A DNA stretch of 64,000 nucleotides from Planctomycetota bacterium (GTDB lineage Bacteria > Planctomycetota > PLA2 > JAEUHO01), in contig JBFWRP010000016.1 in the NCBI GenBank assembly GCA_050248855.1, forward strand, positions 1 to 64,000. The letters are read 5' to 3'. The first letter of the stretch is position 1. Each line of letters opens with the position of its first letter. The notes under the pieces are model-generated. The model searched no databases. It was not told the origin of the DNA and was given only the letters and a program-made list of their open reading frames with translations. Of the stretch, positions 31,963 to 41,218 are shown piece by piece. The position numbers were made by a program, and so were the translations under genes.

Positions 31963-32499
31963 CTAGGCCAGGCCCGATGCGAGCGCCGGCTGGCGCGCGA
32001 TCTGGGTCAGGGTGCCGCCGCCGCGCTCCGCGATGCGGAACTGCAGCTTGCGGATGGCGTCGATCAAGGCCTCGGGCCGTGGCGGGCACCCCGGCAGGTA
32101 GATGTCGACGGGCACCACGAGGTCCACGCCCTGCACGACGTGGTAGCCGTACTTCACGTAGGGGCCACCCCCCACCGTGCACGCCCCCATCGCGATGACG
32201 TACTTGGGGTCGGGCATCTGGTCGTAGAGACGGCGCACGCGCGGGGCCATCTTGTGGGTCACGGTGCCGGCCACGATCATGAGGTCGCTCTGTCGCGGCG
32301 AGGCGCGGAAGACACCGGCCCCGAAGCGGTCGAGGTCGTACTTGGTGGCCGCCGTGGCCATCATCTCCATCGCGCAGCAGGCGAGGCCAAAGGCCATCGG
32401 CCAGAGCGCGTTGCGCCGGCCCCAGTCCTTGAGCCAGTCGACCTTCGTGAGGATGACCGACTGCTGCAGCTCGGGGTCGAGGTAGAGGTCGTCAGGCAC
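31963..32499 (-). CDS. nuoB: NADH-quinone oxidoreductase subunit B
   Basis: [33 protein letters not shown] at 32499 has a GGAGG RBS. Confidence 0.96.
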   Translation of the reverse strand: MPDDLYLDPELQQSVILTKVDWLKDWGRRNALWPMAFGLACCAMEMMATAATKYDLDRFGAGVFRASPRQSDLMIVAGTVTHKMAPRVRRLYDQMPDPKYVIAMGACTVGGGPYVKYGYHVVQGVDLVVPVDIYLPGCPPRPEALIDAIRKLQFRIAERGGGTLTQIARQPALASGLA

Positions 32500-33004
32500 G
32501 GGCGCCTCCGTTGCGGGCGTCCGCGTCGGCACCGGCCAGCGCGAGCTCCGCCTCGTCCTCGCCCGCCACGCGGACGGCGGAGCGCCGCGCGAAGTCGGAC
32601 GTGGCGGGGTCCCCGCCCTCGGGCCGCTCGGGGGCCCAGTCGATGTCGCCGCGGGCCCAGACGTAGGCCAGGCCCACCATGAGCACGACGATGAACGCGC
32701 CCGCCTCGATGAAGGCCAGCATCCCCAGGCCGCGCTCGGCGAGGTCCCGGAAGATCACGCCCCAGGGGAACAGCAGGGCCACCTCGACGTCGAAGACGAC
32801 GAACATCAGGGCCACGGTGTAGAAGCGGATGTCGAAGCGGACCCAGGCCTGGCCCACGGTCGGCTCGCCGCACTCGTAGATCTCGAGCTTGTCGCCCTCG
32901 ACCCTCAGCTTGGGCCTCAGGAGCCGGGCGATGACCAGGTTGAGCGCCACGAAGGCGACCCCGATCAGGGCGAAGGCAAGGAGGTTGGCGAGCTCGAAAT
33001 ACAA
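32492..33004 (-). CDS. nuoA: NADH-quinone oxidoreductase subunit A
   Basis: [29 protein letters not shown] start approximate. Confidence 0.93.
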   Translation of the reverse strand: MYFELANLLAFALIGVAFVALNLVIARLLRPKLRVEGDKLEIYECGEPTVGQAWVRFDIRFYTVALMFVVFDVEVALLFPWGVIFRDLAERGLGMLAFIEAGAFIVVLMVGLAYVWARGDIDWAPERPEGGDPATSDFARRSAVRVAGEDEAELALAGADADARNGGARA

Positions 33005-33244
33005 GGCTTCGGCCCCCGGAACGCGGACGGTCGGCGCAGGGTAGCAGCGGGGTCCTTGCCCCCGGATCGGATTCACAGCGGTTCACGCGGCCGTCCCGAG
33101 GGCCCTGCGGCGGCCCTCCGCGCGCTGCGGGACAGCCGCCGGGAGGAGAGGTCGTAGCCCGTCGCGTTCCTCGTGGCCCGGCGCCCACGGCGGGTACCAT
33201 CCGCCCCGTCCCCGGCTGCCGGCCCGACCCTGGAGACCCCCCCG

Positions 33245-34453
33245 ATGCACGCCGCCCGCGCCCCGCTCGCCGCTCCCCTCGCGTTGGCCCTCGCGTTGAC
33301 GCTGCTCGTCCTTCCCGCCCCCGCCCACGCCGCCGACCCGGCCCCCATGCCGGGAGTGGGCCTGGCCGAGGCCTGGCCGGGCGTCAAGTTCACCGAGCCG
33401 GTCTTCTGCGTCTCGGACGGCTCGGCGGACAGCATGTTCGTCGGTGAGCAGCCCGGGCAGATCGTGAAGATCGCCAAGTGGCGGGGCCAGGGCGCCGTCC
33501 CCCAGCCGACCGTCTGGCTCGACCTCAAGAGCAACGTGGCGGTAGGTGGCCAGGGTGGGCTGCTCGGCTGCGCCTTCCACCCCCAGCACGCGCAGAACGG
33601 CCGCGTGTTCGTCAGCTACCTCATGAAGGGCCCGGGCGGGGAGAACGCCTTCGTCCTCGTCGTGAGCGAGTTCACGGCGACGCCGGGCGGCGGCTGCGAC
33701 GCCGCCAGCGAGAAGCGCGTCCTGCAGATCGGCAAGCGCCGCAACATCCACCAGGGCGGCGGCCTGGGCTTCGGTCCCGACGGCATGCTCTACCTCGGCG
33801 TGGGCGACGGCGGTGACCCCGTCAGCCCGCAGACGGTCGGCAAGGACTTCCCGTCGCAGACGCCCGGCAACCCGCTCGGCAAGATCCTGCGCATGGACGT
33901 TTCCGCCGCGGGCAAGTGCGTGCCGGGTGCCGGCAACCCCTGGGGCACCCAGCAGGGCTGGATGCCCTTCATCTTCGCCTACGGCTTCCGCAACCCCTGG
34001 CAGTTCGACTGGGACGCGCAGGGCCGCTTGTGGACGGCCGAGCCTGGGACCAGCGGCGAGGGCTCGCGCGAGTGGGTCACCGAAGTCAAGCGCGGCATGA
34101 ACCACGGCTGGCCCTACCTCGAGGGCGATCGCCCCTTCGCCCAGGGTGGCGGCGCGGCGCCTCCGGGCGTCGTGATGCCGGCGCTCGTCTACCAGAGCGG
34201 CCAACGCGCCGGCGCGGCCGTGGCGGGCAAGTTCTACAAGGGCAGCCGCGTGCCGGCCTTGAAGGGCAAGCTCATCTTCGTCGACTACATGCGCGGCGAG
34301 GTCTACTCGCTCGACGTCAGCAGCGGCACGGGCACGGACTGGCGCCTTCTCGGCCAGGTCCCGGAATGCTCCGCCGTGGGCCGCGACAACGACGGCGAGG
34401 TCTACATCTGCAGCAACGGCAAGAACTCGATCTGGACGGTCATCCCCCGCTGA
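33245..34453 (+). CDS. Secreted PQQ-dependent glucose/sorbosone dehydrogenase-family protein
   Basis: Signal peptide (AHA/AD), GLLGCAFHP, HQGGGLGFGPDGMLYLGVGDGG, GKILR, YGFRNPW, NHGWP. Confidence 0.88.
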   Translation: MHAARAPLAAPLALALALTLLVLPAPAHAADPAPMPGVGLAEAWPGVKFTEPVFCVSDGSADSMFVGEQPGQIVKIAKWRGQGAVPQPTVWLDLKSNVAVGGQGGLLGCAFHPQHAQNGRVFVSYLMKGPGGENAFVLVVSEFTATPGGGCDAASEKRVLQIGKRRNIHQGGGLGFGPDGMLYLGVGDGGDPVSPQTVGKDFPSQTPGNPLGKILRMDVSAAGKCVPGAGNPWGTQQGWMPFIFAYGFRNPWQFDWDAQGRLWTAEPGTSGEGSREWVTEVKRGMNHGWPYLEGDRPFAQGGGAAPPGVVMPALVYQSGQRAGAAVAGKFYKGSRVPALKGKLIFVDYMRGEVYSLDVSSGTGTDWRLLGQVPECSAVGRDNDGEVYICSNGKNSIWTVIPR

Positions 34454-34536
34454 ACCGCAGCGGACGGCCGCGCGTCCTACCGGGCGTGCGGCCCGCGCCG
34501 CCCTCTCCCGCTCCCACGCCTGACCGGAGTCACGCC

Positions 34537-34866
34537 ATGTCGATCACCCTCACACCCAAGGCCGCCAAGAAGGTGCGCCAGCTCATGGAGGACCCCAGCC
34601 AGGAGGGGGCCCAGGGCCTTCGCGTGCGCGTGGCCGGCGGCGGCTGCAGCGGCCTCACCTACAAGCTCGAGCTCGAGCGCGCCCCGGACGACAAGGACCA
34701 GGTCAGCGAGAGCGAAGGGGTCCCGATCTACGTGGACCCCAAAAGCGCACTGTTCGTCGATGGCACGCAGATCGACTACCACGAGTCGATGATGGGGAGC
34801 GGCTTCGCGTTCTCCAACCCCAACGCCAAGGGCACGTGCGGCTGCGGGACCTCGTTTACGGCGTGA
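34537..34866 (+). CDS. A-type Fe-S cluster assembly accessory protein (IscA/ErpA/SufA family)
   Basis: GGGCSGLTY and NPNAKGTCGCGTSF. Confidence 0.95.
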   Translation: MSITLTPKAAKKVRQLMEDPSQEGAQGLRVRVAGGGCSGLTYKLELERAPDDKDQVSESEGVPIYVDPKSALFVDGTQIDYHESMMGSGFAFSNPNAKGTCGCGTSFTA

Positions 34867-34892
34867 GCGCCCTGGGAAGAGCCCCAAGAAGC

Positions 34893-35453
34893 GTGAGCGA
34901 GACCGACACCCTGCGCGAGCTCGTCGGTCGTGTGGTCAACCAGCACGGCCCGGACTTCGAGCACTGGTTTCCCGCCACGTTCGACTGGATGGCGGCCTGC
35001 TCGGATGCGGCCGGCATGGCCGAGCGCGCGGGCGGCGGTCGCCTGTCCGACGAGGCCATCGCCGCCCTCGCCGCGGCCGCGGGAGAGCACTTCCGCTTGG
35101 GCTATCTGGCCGGGCTGCTCACGCTCGCGGCCATCGACCCCTACGACGCCGACCCCGAGGGCCTCGTCGCCGAGCTCGTCGAGCCGCTCGACGATGACGA
35201 CGAGGAGCGTTTCGGCGCGCTGGCCACGGACCACCTCGACGCGATCGAGGCGCGCCTCGGGGGCGATCCCACGCGCCATCCACCGGGCACCGAGCGCCTC
35301 GTGACGTTGGCCGAGCGTGCATGGACGCCGCTCTCCACGTGGTTCGAGAGCACGCCCACGGGGCAGCGCACGAAGTGGCGCCCCTTCATGCTGGCCTTCG
35401 CGCGCCTTGGCGCGGGGCTCTCCGCGTTGCGCTGGCATCTCGCGGGGCGCTAG
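34893..35453 (+). CDS. Hypothetical acidic helical protein
   Basis: Open frame with genome-typical codons directly after the IscA-like gene; no motif recognised. Confidence 0.6.
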   Translation: MSETDTLRELVGRVVNQHGPDFEHWFPATFDWMAACSDAAGMAERAGGGRLSDEAIAALAAAAGEHFRLGYLAGLLTLAAIDPYDADPEGLVAELVEPLDDDDEERFGALATDHLDAIEARLGGDPTRHPPGTERLVTLAERAWTPLSTWFESTPTGQRTKWRPFMLAFARLGAGLSALRWHLAGR

Positions 35454-35479
35454 CGTGGTGAGGCAGGAGTCCCCTTGCA

Positions 35480-35663
35480 TCTCCAGGTGCTGCGGGCTGG
35501 GCTGGGGGCGATCAGGCCGCTTCGTCAGCCTCGAGTAACAGATACGAGTCGGCCTCCTCATCGGCCTTCCGCTCCCCATCCAGCCCGCCGATCAGCGTCG
35601 GTCGCCCCGAGCACACAGAGCCGGGAGTCACGGCCCTGCGGCTTGGTACACATCACCGGACTT
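35480..35663 (-). ncRNA. Candidate 6S RNA (SsrS)
   Basis: About 180-nt intergenic segment; on the minus strand the 5' UCCGGUGAUGUG can pair with 3' CGCAGCACCUGGA; the ends resemble known 6S termini as remembered (GAUGU..CAAGC / CAGCC..GCA..GGAGAU). Confidence 0.45.
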
Positions 35664-35772
35664 CTGGAGCGGGGCGCTAGCCGGGCTTCCGCCCGCGGCA
35701 GTCCCGCCCGGCGAGGCGCGTGGCTCGGCGAGGCGTATCCTCCGCGCTTTCCCATCTCCCCTCGGAGGTCCC

Positions 35773-36744
35773 ATGAGCGAGAACGGCGTCGAGAAGGTGG
35801 TGATCATCGGGTCCGGCCCCGCGGGGTGGACCGCCGCGATCTACGCGGCACGCGCGAACTTGAACCCGCTCGTCTTCGAGGGTTTCCCCACGCAGGAGAT
35901 GATCCCCGGCGGCCAGCTGATGTTCACGACCGAGGTCGAGAACTTCCCCGGCTACCCGCACGGCGTGACGGGCCAGGAGATGATGGCGGACCTCAAGGCC
36001 CAGGCCGTGCGCTTCGAGACGCGCGTCATCACCGACGACATCGTGAAGTGCGACTTCAGCCAGCGCCCGTTCGTCATGGAGAGCGGCGAGAACGGCACGG
36101 TCCGCGCGCACACGGTGATCCTCGCGACGGGTGCCAAGGCCAAGTGGCTCGGCATCGAGAACGAGAAGCGCCTCGCCATGAGTGGCGGCGGCGTCAGCGC
36201 CTGTGCCGTGTGTGACGGCGCACTGCCGGTGTTCCGCGACCAGCACCTCGTCGTGGTCGGTGGTGGCGACACGGCCATGGAAGAGACCGATTACCTCACG
36301 AAGTACGCGGGCAAGGTGACGCTCGTGCACCGCCGCGACGAGTTCCGCGCGTCCAAGATCATGCAGGACCGCGTGCTGAACAACCCGAAGGTCGAGGTCG
36401 CCTGGAACAGCCAGGTCACGGAGGTCTTCGGCGATCAGATGATCACCAGCGTCGAGCTGACCGACACGAACACGGGGGCCAAGCGCAACCTCGACGTGAA
36501 GGGCCTCTTCATCGCGATTGGCCACACGCCCAACACGGCCTTCTTGGGCGGCCAGATCACGACCGACGACACCGGCTACATCGTGCTGGCCGAGCCCGGC
36601 ACCACGAAGACGAACATCCCCGGCGTCTTCGCCGTGGGCGACGTCGCCGACAAGGTCTACCGCCAGGCCATCACCGCCGCCGGCACCGGCTGCATGGGCG
36701 CGCTCGACGCCGAGCGCTATCTCGCCGCCGAAGGCATCCACTAG
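35773..36744 (+). CDS. trxB: Thioredoxin-disulfide reductase
   Basis: GSGPAG, GGQL, CAVCDG, GGGDTAMEE, VHRRDEFRAS, YRQAITAAG. Confidence 0.97.
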   Translation: MSENGVEKVVIIGSGPAGWTAAIYAARANLNPLVFEGFPTQEMIPGGQLMFTTEVENFPGYPHGVTGQEMMADLKAQAVRFETRVITDDIVKCDFSQRPFVMESGENGTVRAHTVILATGAKAKWLGIENEKRLAMSGGGVSACAVCDGALPVFRDQHLVVVGGGDTAMEETDYLTKYAGKVTLVHRRDEFRASKIMQDRVLNNPKVEVAWNSQVTEVFGDQMITSVELTDTNTGAKRNLDVKGLFIAIGHTPNTAFLGGQITTDDTGYIVLAEPGTTKTNIPGVFAVGDVADKVYRQAITAAGTGCMGALDAERYLAAEGIH

Positions 36745-36761
36745 ACGGCAGGTGCCTGGCT

Positions 36762-36803
36762 CCTTGCTGCGGAGCGGCAACGCCGCGACGCGCGCAAGGC
36801 GCC
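36762..36803. repeat. Degenerate copy of REP-like module B
   Basis: CCTTGCTGCGGAGCGGCAACGCCGCGACGCGCGCAAGGCGCC aligns with CCTTGCCGCGGAGCGGCGCAGCCGCGACGTGGGCAAGGTGCC at 46564-46605. Confidence 0.6.
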
Positions 36804-37058
36804 AAGCTCCGCAGGCGGGCTGCCGACGACAGGCAGTCCCCCGGCGCCACGTAGGCGACGCAACCCACGTTCAGGCGATCGGCGCCCGAACGAGCCAGGC
36901 ACGCGCCCCGCGCTGGGCAGCGTCGTGCCGCCCGCGCTGCTTGGTGCCGTCAGGCGCGGGGGCATGTCCCCAGCCTGGCGCCCCGCCATGTGGCGGGCGG
37001 CGGGGCGGCTTGTCGTGGACCCCTGTGAGCGGCGGTGCGCCGGGAGGAGGAGTCGACG

Positions 37059-38126
37059 ATGAGGTGGGGAGCCCTTGCAACTTTCGTCTTGATGGGCCTT
37101 GGCGGCTGCCAGACGGTCAAGCGCGTGCACTACGACCAAGCCGGGGCCCGTGACGCCATCACGCAGCTCCAGTCGGACCAGATCTTCGACAACGTGGTGC
37201 GCCTCTACAACGGCCTACCGATCGTCCACATCGACTACAAGGAGGTCCAGGCGCGAACGGAAGACACCATCGGCGGGGAGTGGTCGGGAGCCTCAGGTCG
37301 CGACCGCACATCCAAGCACGGGCCCTCCGTCACCGAGGCCGTGACCACGGACGCTGCGGGCGGGATGTCGTCTGTCGCAACCACCGTTCTGGACAACAGT
37401 CGCAGCCTCGTCGACAAGCTCGGGCAGTCCGCCAAGGTGGGTGGTTCAAGCGTCTCTTGGCTCGAGCTGGACGCAGATCCCGTCGTGAACACGCCCCACG
37501 CGGGCCGCGTCTACGGCGCCTACATGAAGTTCGTCTCGACGCCGGGGAACTTGATCTGCTGCAGCTCCCCGCCGCACCCGGGTCAGGCCATCGTGGCAAA
37601 GGCCTACGGAGGTAGCTGGTACTTCGTGCCCGCGCACGATGGTGCACGACACGCGTACCGGGAGCTGGCGCTGGCGACCCTGGGCTTCGGGGCGCCGCCC
37701 AAGCCGACGGCCATCAGGGCGAAGGTTGCATCCGTCGACAAGTTCAACGTCGAGCCTCATGGCACGCACCACGACGCCACGATCCAGTTCGAGAGTGCGG
37801 TCCCGAACCGCGACGGTCACATGTTGCTCGCTGCCGCAGGCTCGGAGCTTCGACTCCAAGTCGTTCACATCGACGGCATCCCCATCGGGAGCATGACCCA
37901 GAAGCTGACGCTCCAGTATCCCGTGGCCCTCTTGGCGGTCATGCCCTGGGAAGTCTTCCAAATGCTGGCCATCAATCGCCCTGCGGAGCTCCACCTGGGC
38001 GAGACTTCGCTGGGGGGTAGCCATCTCCCGGGGCCGGACGCCATCTCCATGCGCGCCGAGCTCGAGTACCTCAATCGCAGCCAGGGGCGCGAGTACCGCG
38101 ACTTCCTGCGCGAGGCAGGGCGCTAG
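37059..38126 (+). CDS. Hypothetical lipoprotein
   Basis: GGAGGAGGAG RBS, lipobox LGGC, 355 aa, no family recognised. Confidence 0.7.
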   Translation: MRWGALATFVLMGLGGCQTVKRVHYDQAGARDAITQLQSDQIFDNVVRLYNGLPIVHIDYKEVQARTEDTIGGEWSGASGRDRTSKHGPSVTEAVTTDAAGGMSSVATTVLDNSRSLVDKLGQSAKVGGSSVSWLELDADPVVNTPHAGRVYGAYMKFVSTPGNLICCSSPPHPGQAIVAKAYGGSWYFVPAHDGARHAYRELALATLGFGAPPKPTAIRAKVASVDKFNVEPHGTHHDATIQFESAVPNRDGHMLLAAAGSELRLQVVHIDGIPIGSMTQKLTLQYPVALLAVMPWEVFQMLAINRPAELHLGETSLGGSHLPGPDAISMRAELEYLNRSQGREYRDFLREAGR

Positions 38127-38249
38127 CTCGGCCGACTTCCCATGGCGCCTGGTCCAGGGAACAGGCTCGGTCGCCTCCGCTGATTGGCCCGCATCGCTGC
38201 GCTCTGTCGCCGCGAGCCGGGCACCAGGGTGCGGCATACACTCCGCGCC

Positions 38250-39422
38250 ATGGCGGCGCCGATCTACTTGGACTACGCGAGCGCGGCGCCGCTTCGCGAC
38301 GAGGTGCGCGAGGCGATCGCGCCGTGGGCGGGGGAACGGTTCGGAAGCCCTGCGGCGCGCGGGCACCCGGTTGGCTGGGCCGCCGAGGCTGCGATCGAGG
38401 CCGCGCGCGCGCAGGTGGCGGATCTGCTCGGTGCGGAGCCGCCCGAGATCGTGTTCACGAGCGGCGGGACCGAGGCGGACAACCTGGCCGTGCTCGGCGC
38501 GGTCGGTGGCCGGGCGGGCCAGCCACGCCACGTGATCGCGTCGGCGGTCGAGGGTCTGGCGGTCCTTGACTCCGTGAAGCGGCTGGCCCGCGACGGCGTG
38601 GAGACCACGCTGCTGCCCGTGGACGGCGACGGGCTCGTGGCTCCCGAGGCGTTGGCCGCGGCGCTACGCGACGACACCGTCTTGGTCGCGATCCAGGCGG
38701 CCAACCCCGAGATCGGCACCACCCAGGACCTGGCCACGCTGGGCGCGCTGTGCCGCGAGCGCGGTGCTCTGCTCCACGTCGATGCCACGGCCGCCGCACC
38801 CTGGATGCGCTTCGCACTCGCCGACGCCCCCATCGACCTGCTGTCGATCACCGGCGAGACGCTGGGCGCGCCCGGCGGCATCGGCGCGCTCTACGTGCGT
38901 CGGTCGCGCCCCCGCGTCCGCCTGCTCTCGCAGCTGGTCGGCGGGGCCCAGGAAGGCGGCCGGCGTCCGGGCTTTGCCAACGTCCTGGGCGCCGTGGGCC
39001 TCGGCGCGGCCTGCGCCGCGGTCGACGCCCACGGGGAGGTCGACGCGCGCACGGCGCGGGACCGCCGCGACGCGTTGCACGAGGCGCTCGTGTCCCGCGT
39101 CGCGGACGTGGCCCTGGTCGGCCACGCCACCGCGCGCCTGCCCAACCACCTCGCGCTCGAAGTGCGCGGCGTCGAGGGCGAGAGCTTGCTCGTCGGAGCG
39201 CCCCAGATCGCCATGGCCACCGGCTCGGCGTGCTCGAGCGCCACGCTGGAGACGAGCCACGTGCTGGCGGCGATCGGTCTGGACCGCGCGCGTGCCTCCA
39301 CCGTGGTGCGCCTCACGACAGGCGCGGAGACGACGGCCGACGAGATCGCGCGGGCCGCTGACCGGCTGGTCGAGGCCATCGCCCGCTTGCGCAGCCTCGG
39401 CGCGTCCCTCGGAGGGGCCTGA
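38250..39422 (+). CDS. Cysteine desulfurase-like (IscS/NifS fold) protein with a degenerate PLP site
   Basis: IYLDYA, EIVFTSGGTEADN, ANPEIGT, TGSACSS, SHVL; but SITGETLG in place of S.HK.G. Confidence 0.85.
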   Translation: MAAPIYLDYASAAPLRDEVREAIAPWAGERFGSPAARGHPVGWAAEAAIEAARAQVADLLGAEPPEIVFTSGGTEADNLAVLGAVGGRAGQPRHVIASAVEGLAVLDSVKRLARDGVETTLLPVDGDGLVAPEALAAALRDDTVLVAIQAANPEIGTTQDLATLGALCRERGALLHVDATAAAPWMRFALADAPIDLLSITGETLGAPGGIGALYVRRSRPRVRLLSQLVGGAQEGGRRPGFANVLGAVGLGAACAAVDAHGEVDARTARDRRDALHEALVSRVADVALVGHATARLPNHLALEVRGVEGESLLVGAPQIAMATGSACSSATLETSHVLAAIGLDRARASTVVRLTTGAETTADEIARAADRLVEAIARLRSLGASLGGA

Positions 39423-39427
39423 GTCGC

Positions 39428-41218
39428 ATGGGCGTGGCGCAGCTTCGCAGTGTGACGGTGGCGTTCGGCGGCGCGCCGGTGCTCGACGAGGTCGATCTCG
39501 TCATCGAGCCCGGCGAGCGCCTGGCGCTGATCGGTCGCAACGGCGCCGGCAAGTCGACCTTGCTCAAGATCCTCGACGGGACGCTGGCCCCCGACGGCGG
39601 GGAGGTGAGCTGGTCATCAGGCACGCGCGTTGCGCGCCTGGACCAACGCGTGCCCGAGGGCACCACGGGCACCGCGCTCGACGCCGTCGTGGCCGACCGC
39701 GAGGACGCGATCGACGAGCACGTCGCCCGCGCGGCGCTGTCGCGCCTGGGCGTCGCACCCGACGCGCGCGTGGCCGCTCTCTCCGCGGGCCAGCAGCGGC
39801 GCGTCTTGCTCGCACGCGCCCTGGCGGGCGACCCGGACCTGCTCTTGCTCGACGAGCCCACGAACCACCTCGACGTGGCCACGATCGCGGATCTCGAAGA
39901 GGCGCTCGTGCGCACCAAGCCGACGCTCGTGTTCGTCACCCACGACCGGGCGCTGCTGCGTCGCCTGGCTACGGGCATCCTCGACTTGGACCGTGGACAC
40001 CTCACGCGCCACCCTGCCGACTACGACGCCTACCTCGAGGGGCGGGCGGCGTTCCGCGAGCAGGAGGCCTCCCAGCGCGCGCTGTTCGACAAGCGCCTCG
40101 CCCAGGAGGAGTCCTGGATCCGTGAAGGGGTGCGCGAACGGCGCAAGCGCAACATGGGCCGCGTCGGTCGCCTCCTCTCCATGCGCGACGAGCGTGCGGT
40201 CCGTCGCGACCGGGCAGGCACCGTGCGGATGGAGGCTGACACGGCAGGGCGCTCCGGGCGCGTCGTGGCCCGGGCCCACGACCTGGGCATCACGCTCGGC
40301 GGGCGCACGCTGGTGAGGGGCTTCTCCACGCAAGTCGATCGCGGCGACCGCATCGGCATCGTAGGGCCCAACGGTGCCGGCAAGACCACCCTCGTGCGCG
40401 TCCTGCTGGGTGAGCTCGCCCCCACGGAGGGTCGCGTCGAGCGGGGCACCAACGTGGCGGTCGGCTACTTCGACCAGATCCACGCCTCGCTCGACCTCGA
40501 GAAGAGCGCCGTGGACAACGTCGCGGATGGCGCCTCCACGGTGACGGTGAACGGCAAGGAGCGCCACGTCCTCGGCTACCTGGCGTCGTTCCTGTTCGAC
40601 GCCGAGCAGGCGCGCCACCCGGTCTCGCTCTACTCGGGCGGCGAACGCAACCGCTTGCTGCTGGCGCGCCTGTTCGCACGCCCGAGCAACGTGCTGGTGC
40701 TGGACGAGCCGACGAACGACCTCGACATGGAGACCATGGAGGTTCTCGAGGCGCTGCTCGCCGACTACGACGGCACGATCCTGCTGGTCAGCCACGACCG
40801 CGCCTTGCTCAAGGCCACCGTCGAGCGCCTGTGGGTCCTGGACGGCGAGGGCGGTGTCCGCGAGATCGTCGGCGGTCCCGTGGACTGGCGCCGCCTGGGC
40901 GCGTCCGAGACGCCCACCGAACTCCCCAAGCGGGCCAGCGCGCCCGCCAAGCCGACGAAGGCCGCCCCGGCGCTGGACAAGCACCAACGCAAGGAGCTGA
41001 AGGACCTGCCCGCTTGCATCGAAACACTCGAGACCGAGCTCGCGCGCCGCCACGAGGCGATGGCCGACCCGGCGTTCTTCCGCCAAGACGGGGCGGCCAT
41101 CGCCGCCGCGCGCGGCGCCGCGCAGGACCTCGAAGCGAGGATCGCCCAGGCCTACGCGCGCTGGGAAGAGCTGTCCGCGTTGGAAGCCGGCGGCTCGTCG
41201 GCCAACCGGATCTCGTAG
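39428..41218 (+). CDS. uup: ABC-F family ATPase (Uup-like)
   Basis: Two ABC domains (GRNGAGKST, GPNGAGKTT, LDEPTN x2) and a C-terminal coiled coil. Confidence 0.85.
   Translation: MGVAQLRSVTVAFGGAPVLDEVDLVIEPGERLALIGRNGAGKSTLLKILDGTLAPDGGEVSWSSGTRVARLDQRVPEGTTGTALDAVVADREDAIDEHVARAALSRLGVAPDARVAALSAGQQRRVLLARALAGDPDLLLLDEPTNHLDVATIADLEEALVRTKPTLVFVTHDRALLRRLATGILDLDRGHLTRHPADYDAYLEGRAAFREQEASQRALFDKRLAQEESWIREGVRERRKRNMGRVGRLLSMRDERAVRRDRAGTVRMEADTAGRSGRVVARAHDLGITLGGRTLVRGFSTQVDRGDRIGIVGPNGAGKTTLVRVLLGELAPTEGRVERGTNVAVGYFDQIHASLDLEKSAVDNVADGASTVTVNGKERHVLGYLASFLFDAEQARHPVSLYSGGERNRLLLARLFARPSNVLVLDEPTNDLDMETMEVLEALLADYDGTILLVSHDRALLKATVERLWVLDGEGGVREIVGGPVDWRRLGASETPTELPKRASAPAKPTKAAPALDKHQRKELKDLPACIETLETELARRHEAMADPAFFRQDGAAIAAARGAAQDLEARIAQAYARWEELSALEAGGSSANRIS

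Noticed and set aside
30168..32499. Group 4 NiFe hydrogenase interpretation of the EFG-less complex
   Set aside because: The large subunit lacks both CxxC nickel-binding motifs and has NuoD quinone-site motifs
35455..35700. tmRNA, RNase P RNA, tRNA or cobalamin riboswitch
   Set aside because: No T-loop GTTCRA with acceptor stem, no GAGGAAAGTCC, no B12-box; too short for tmRNA or RNase P
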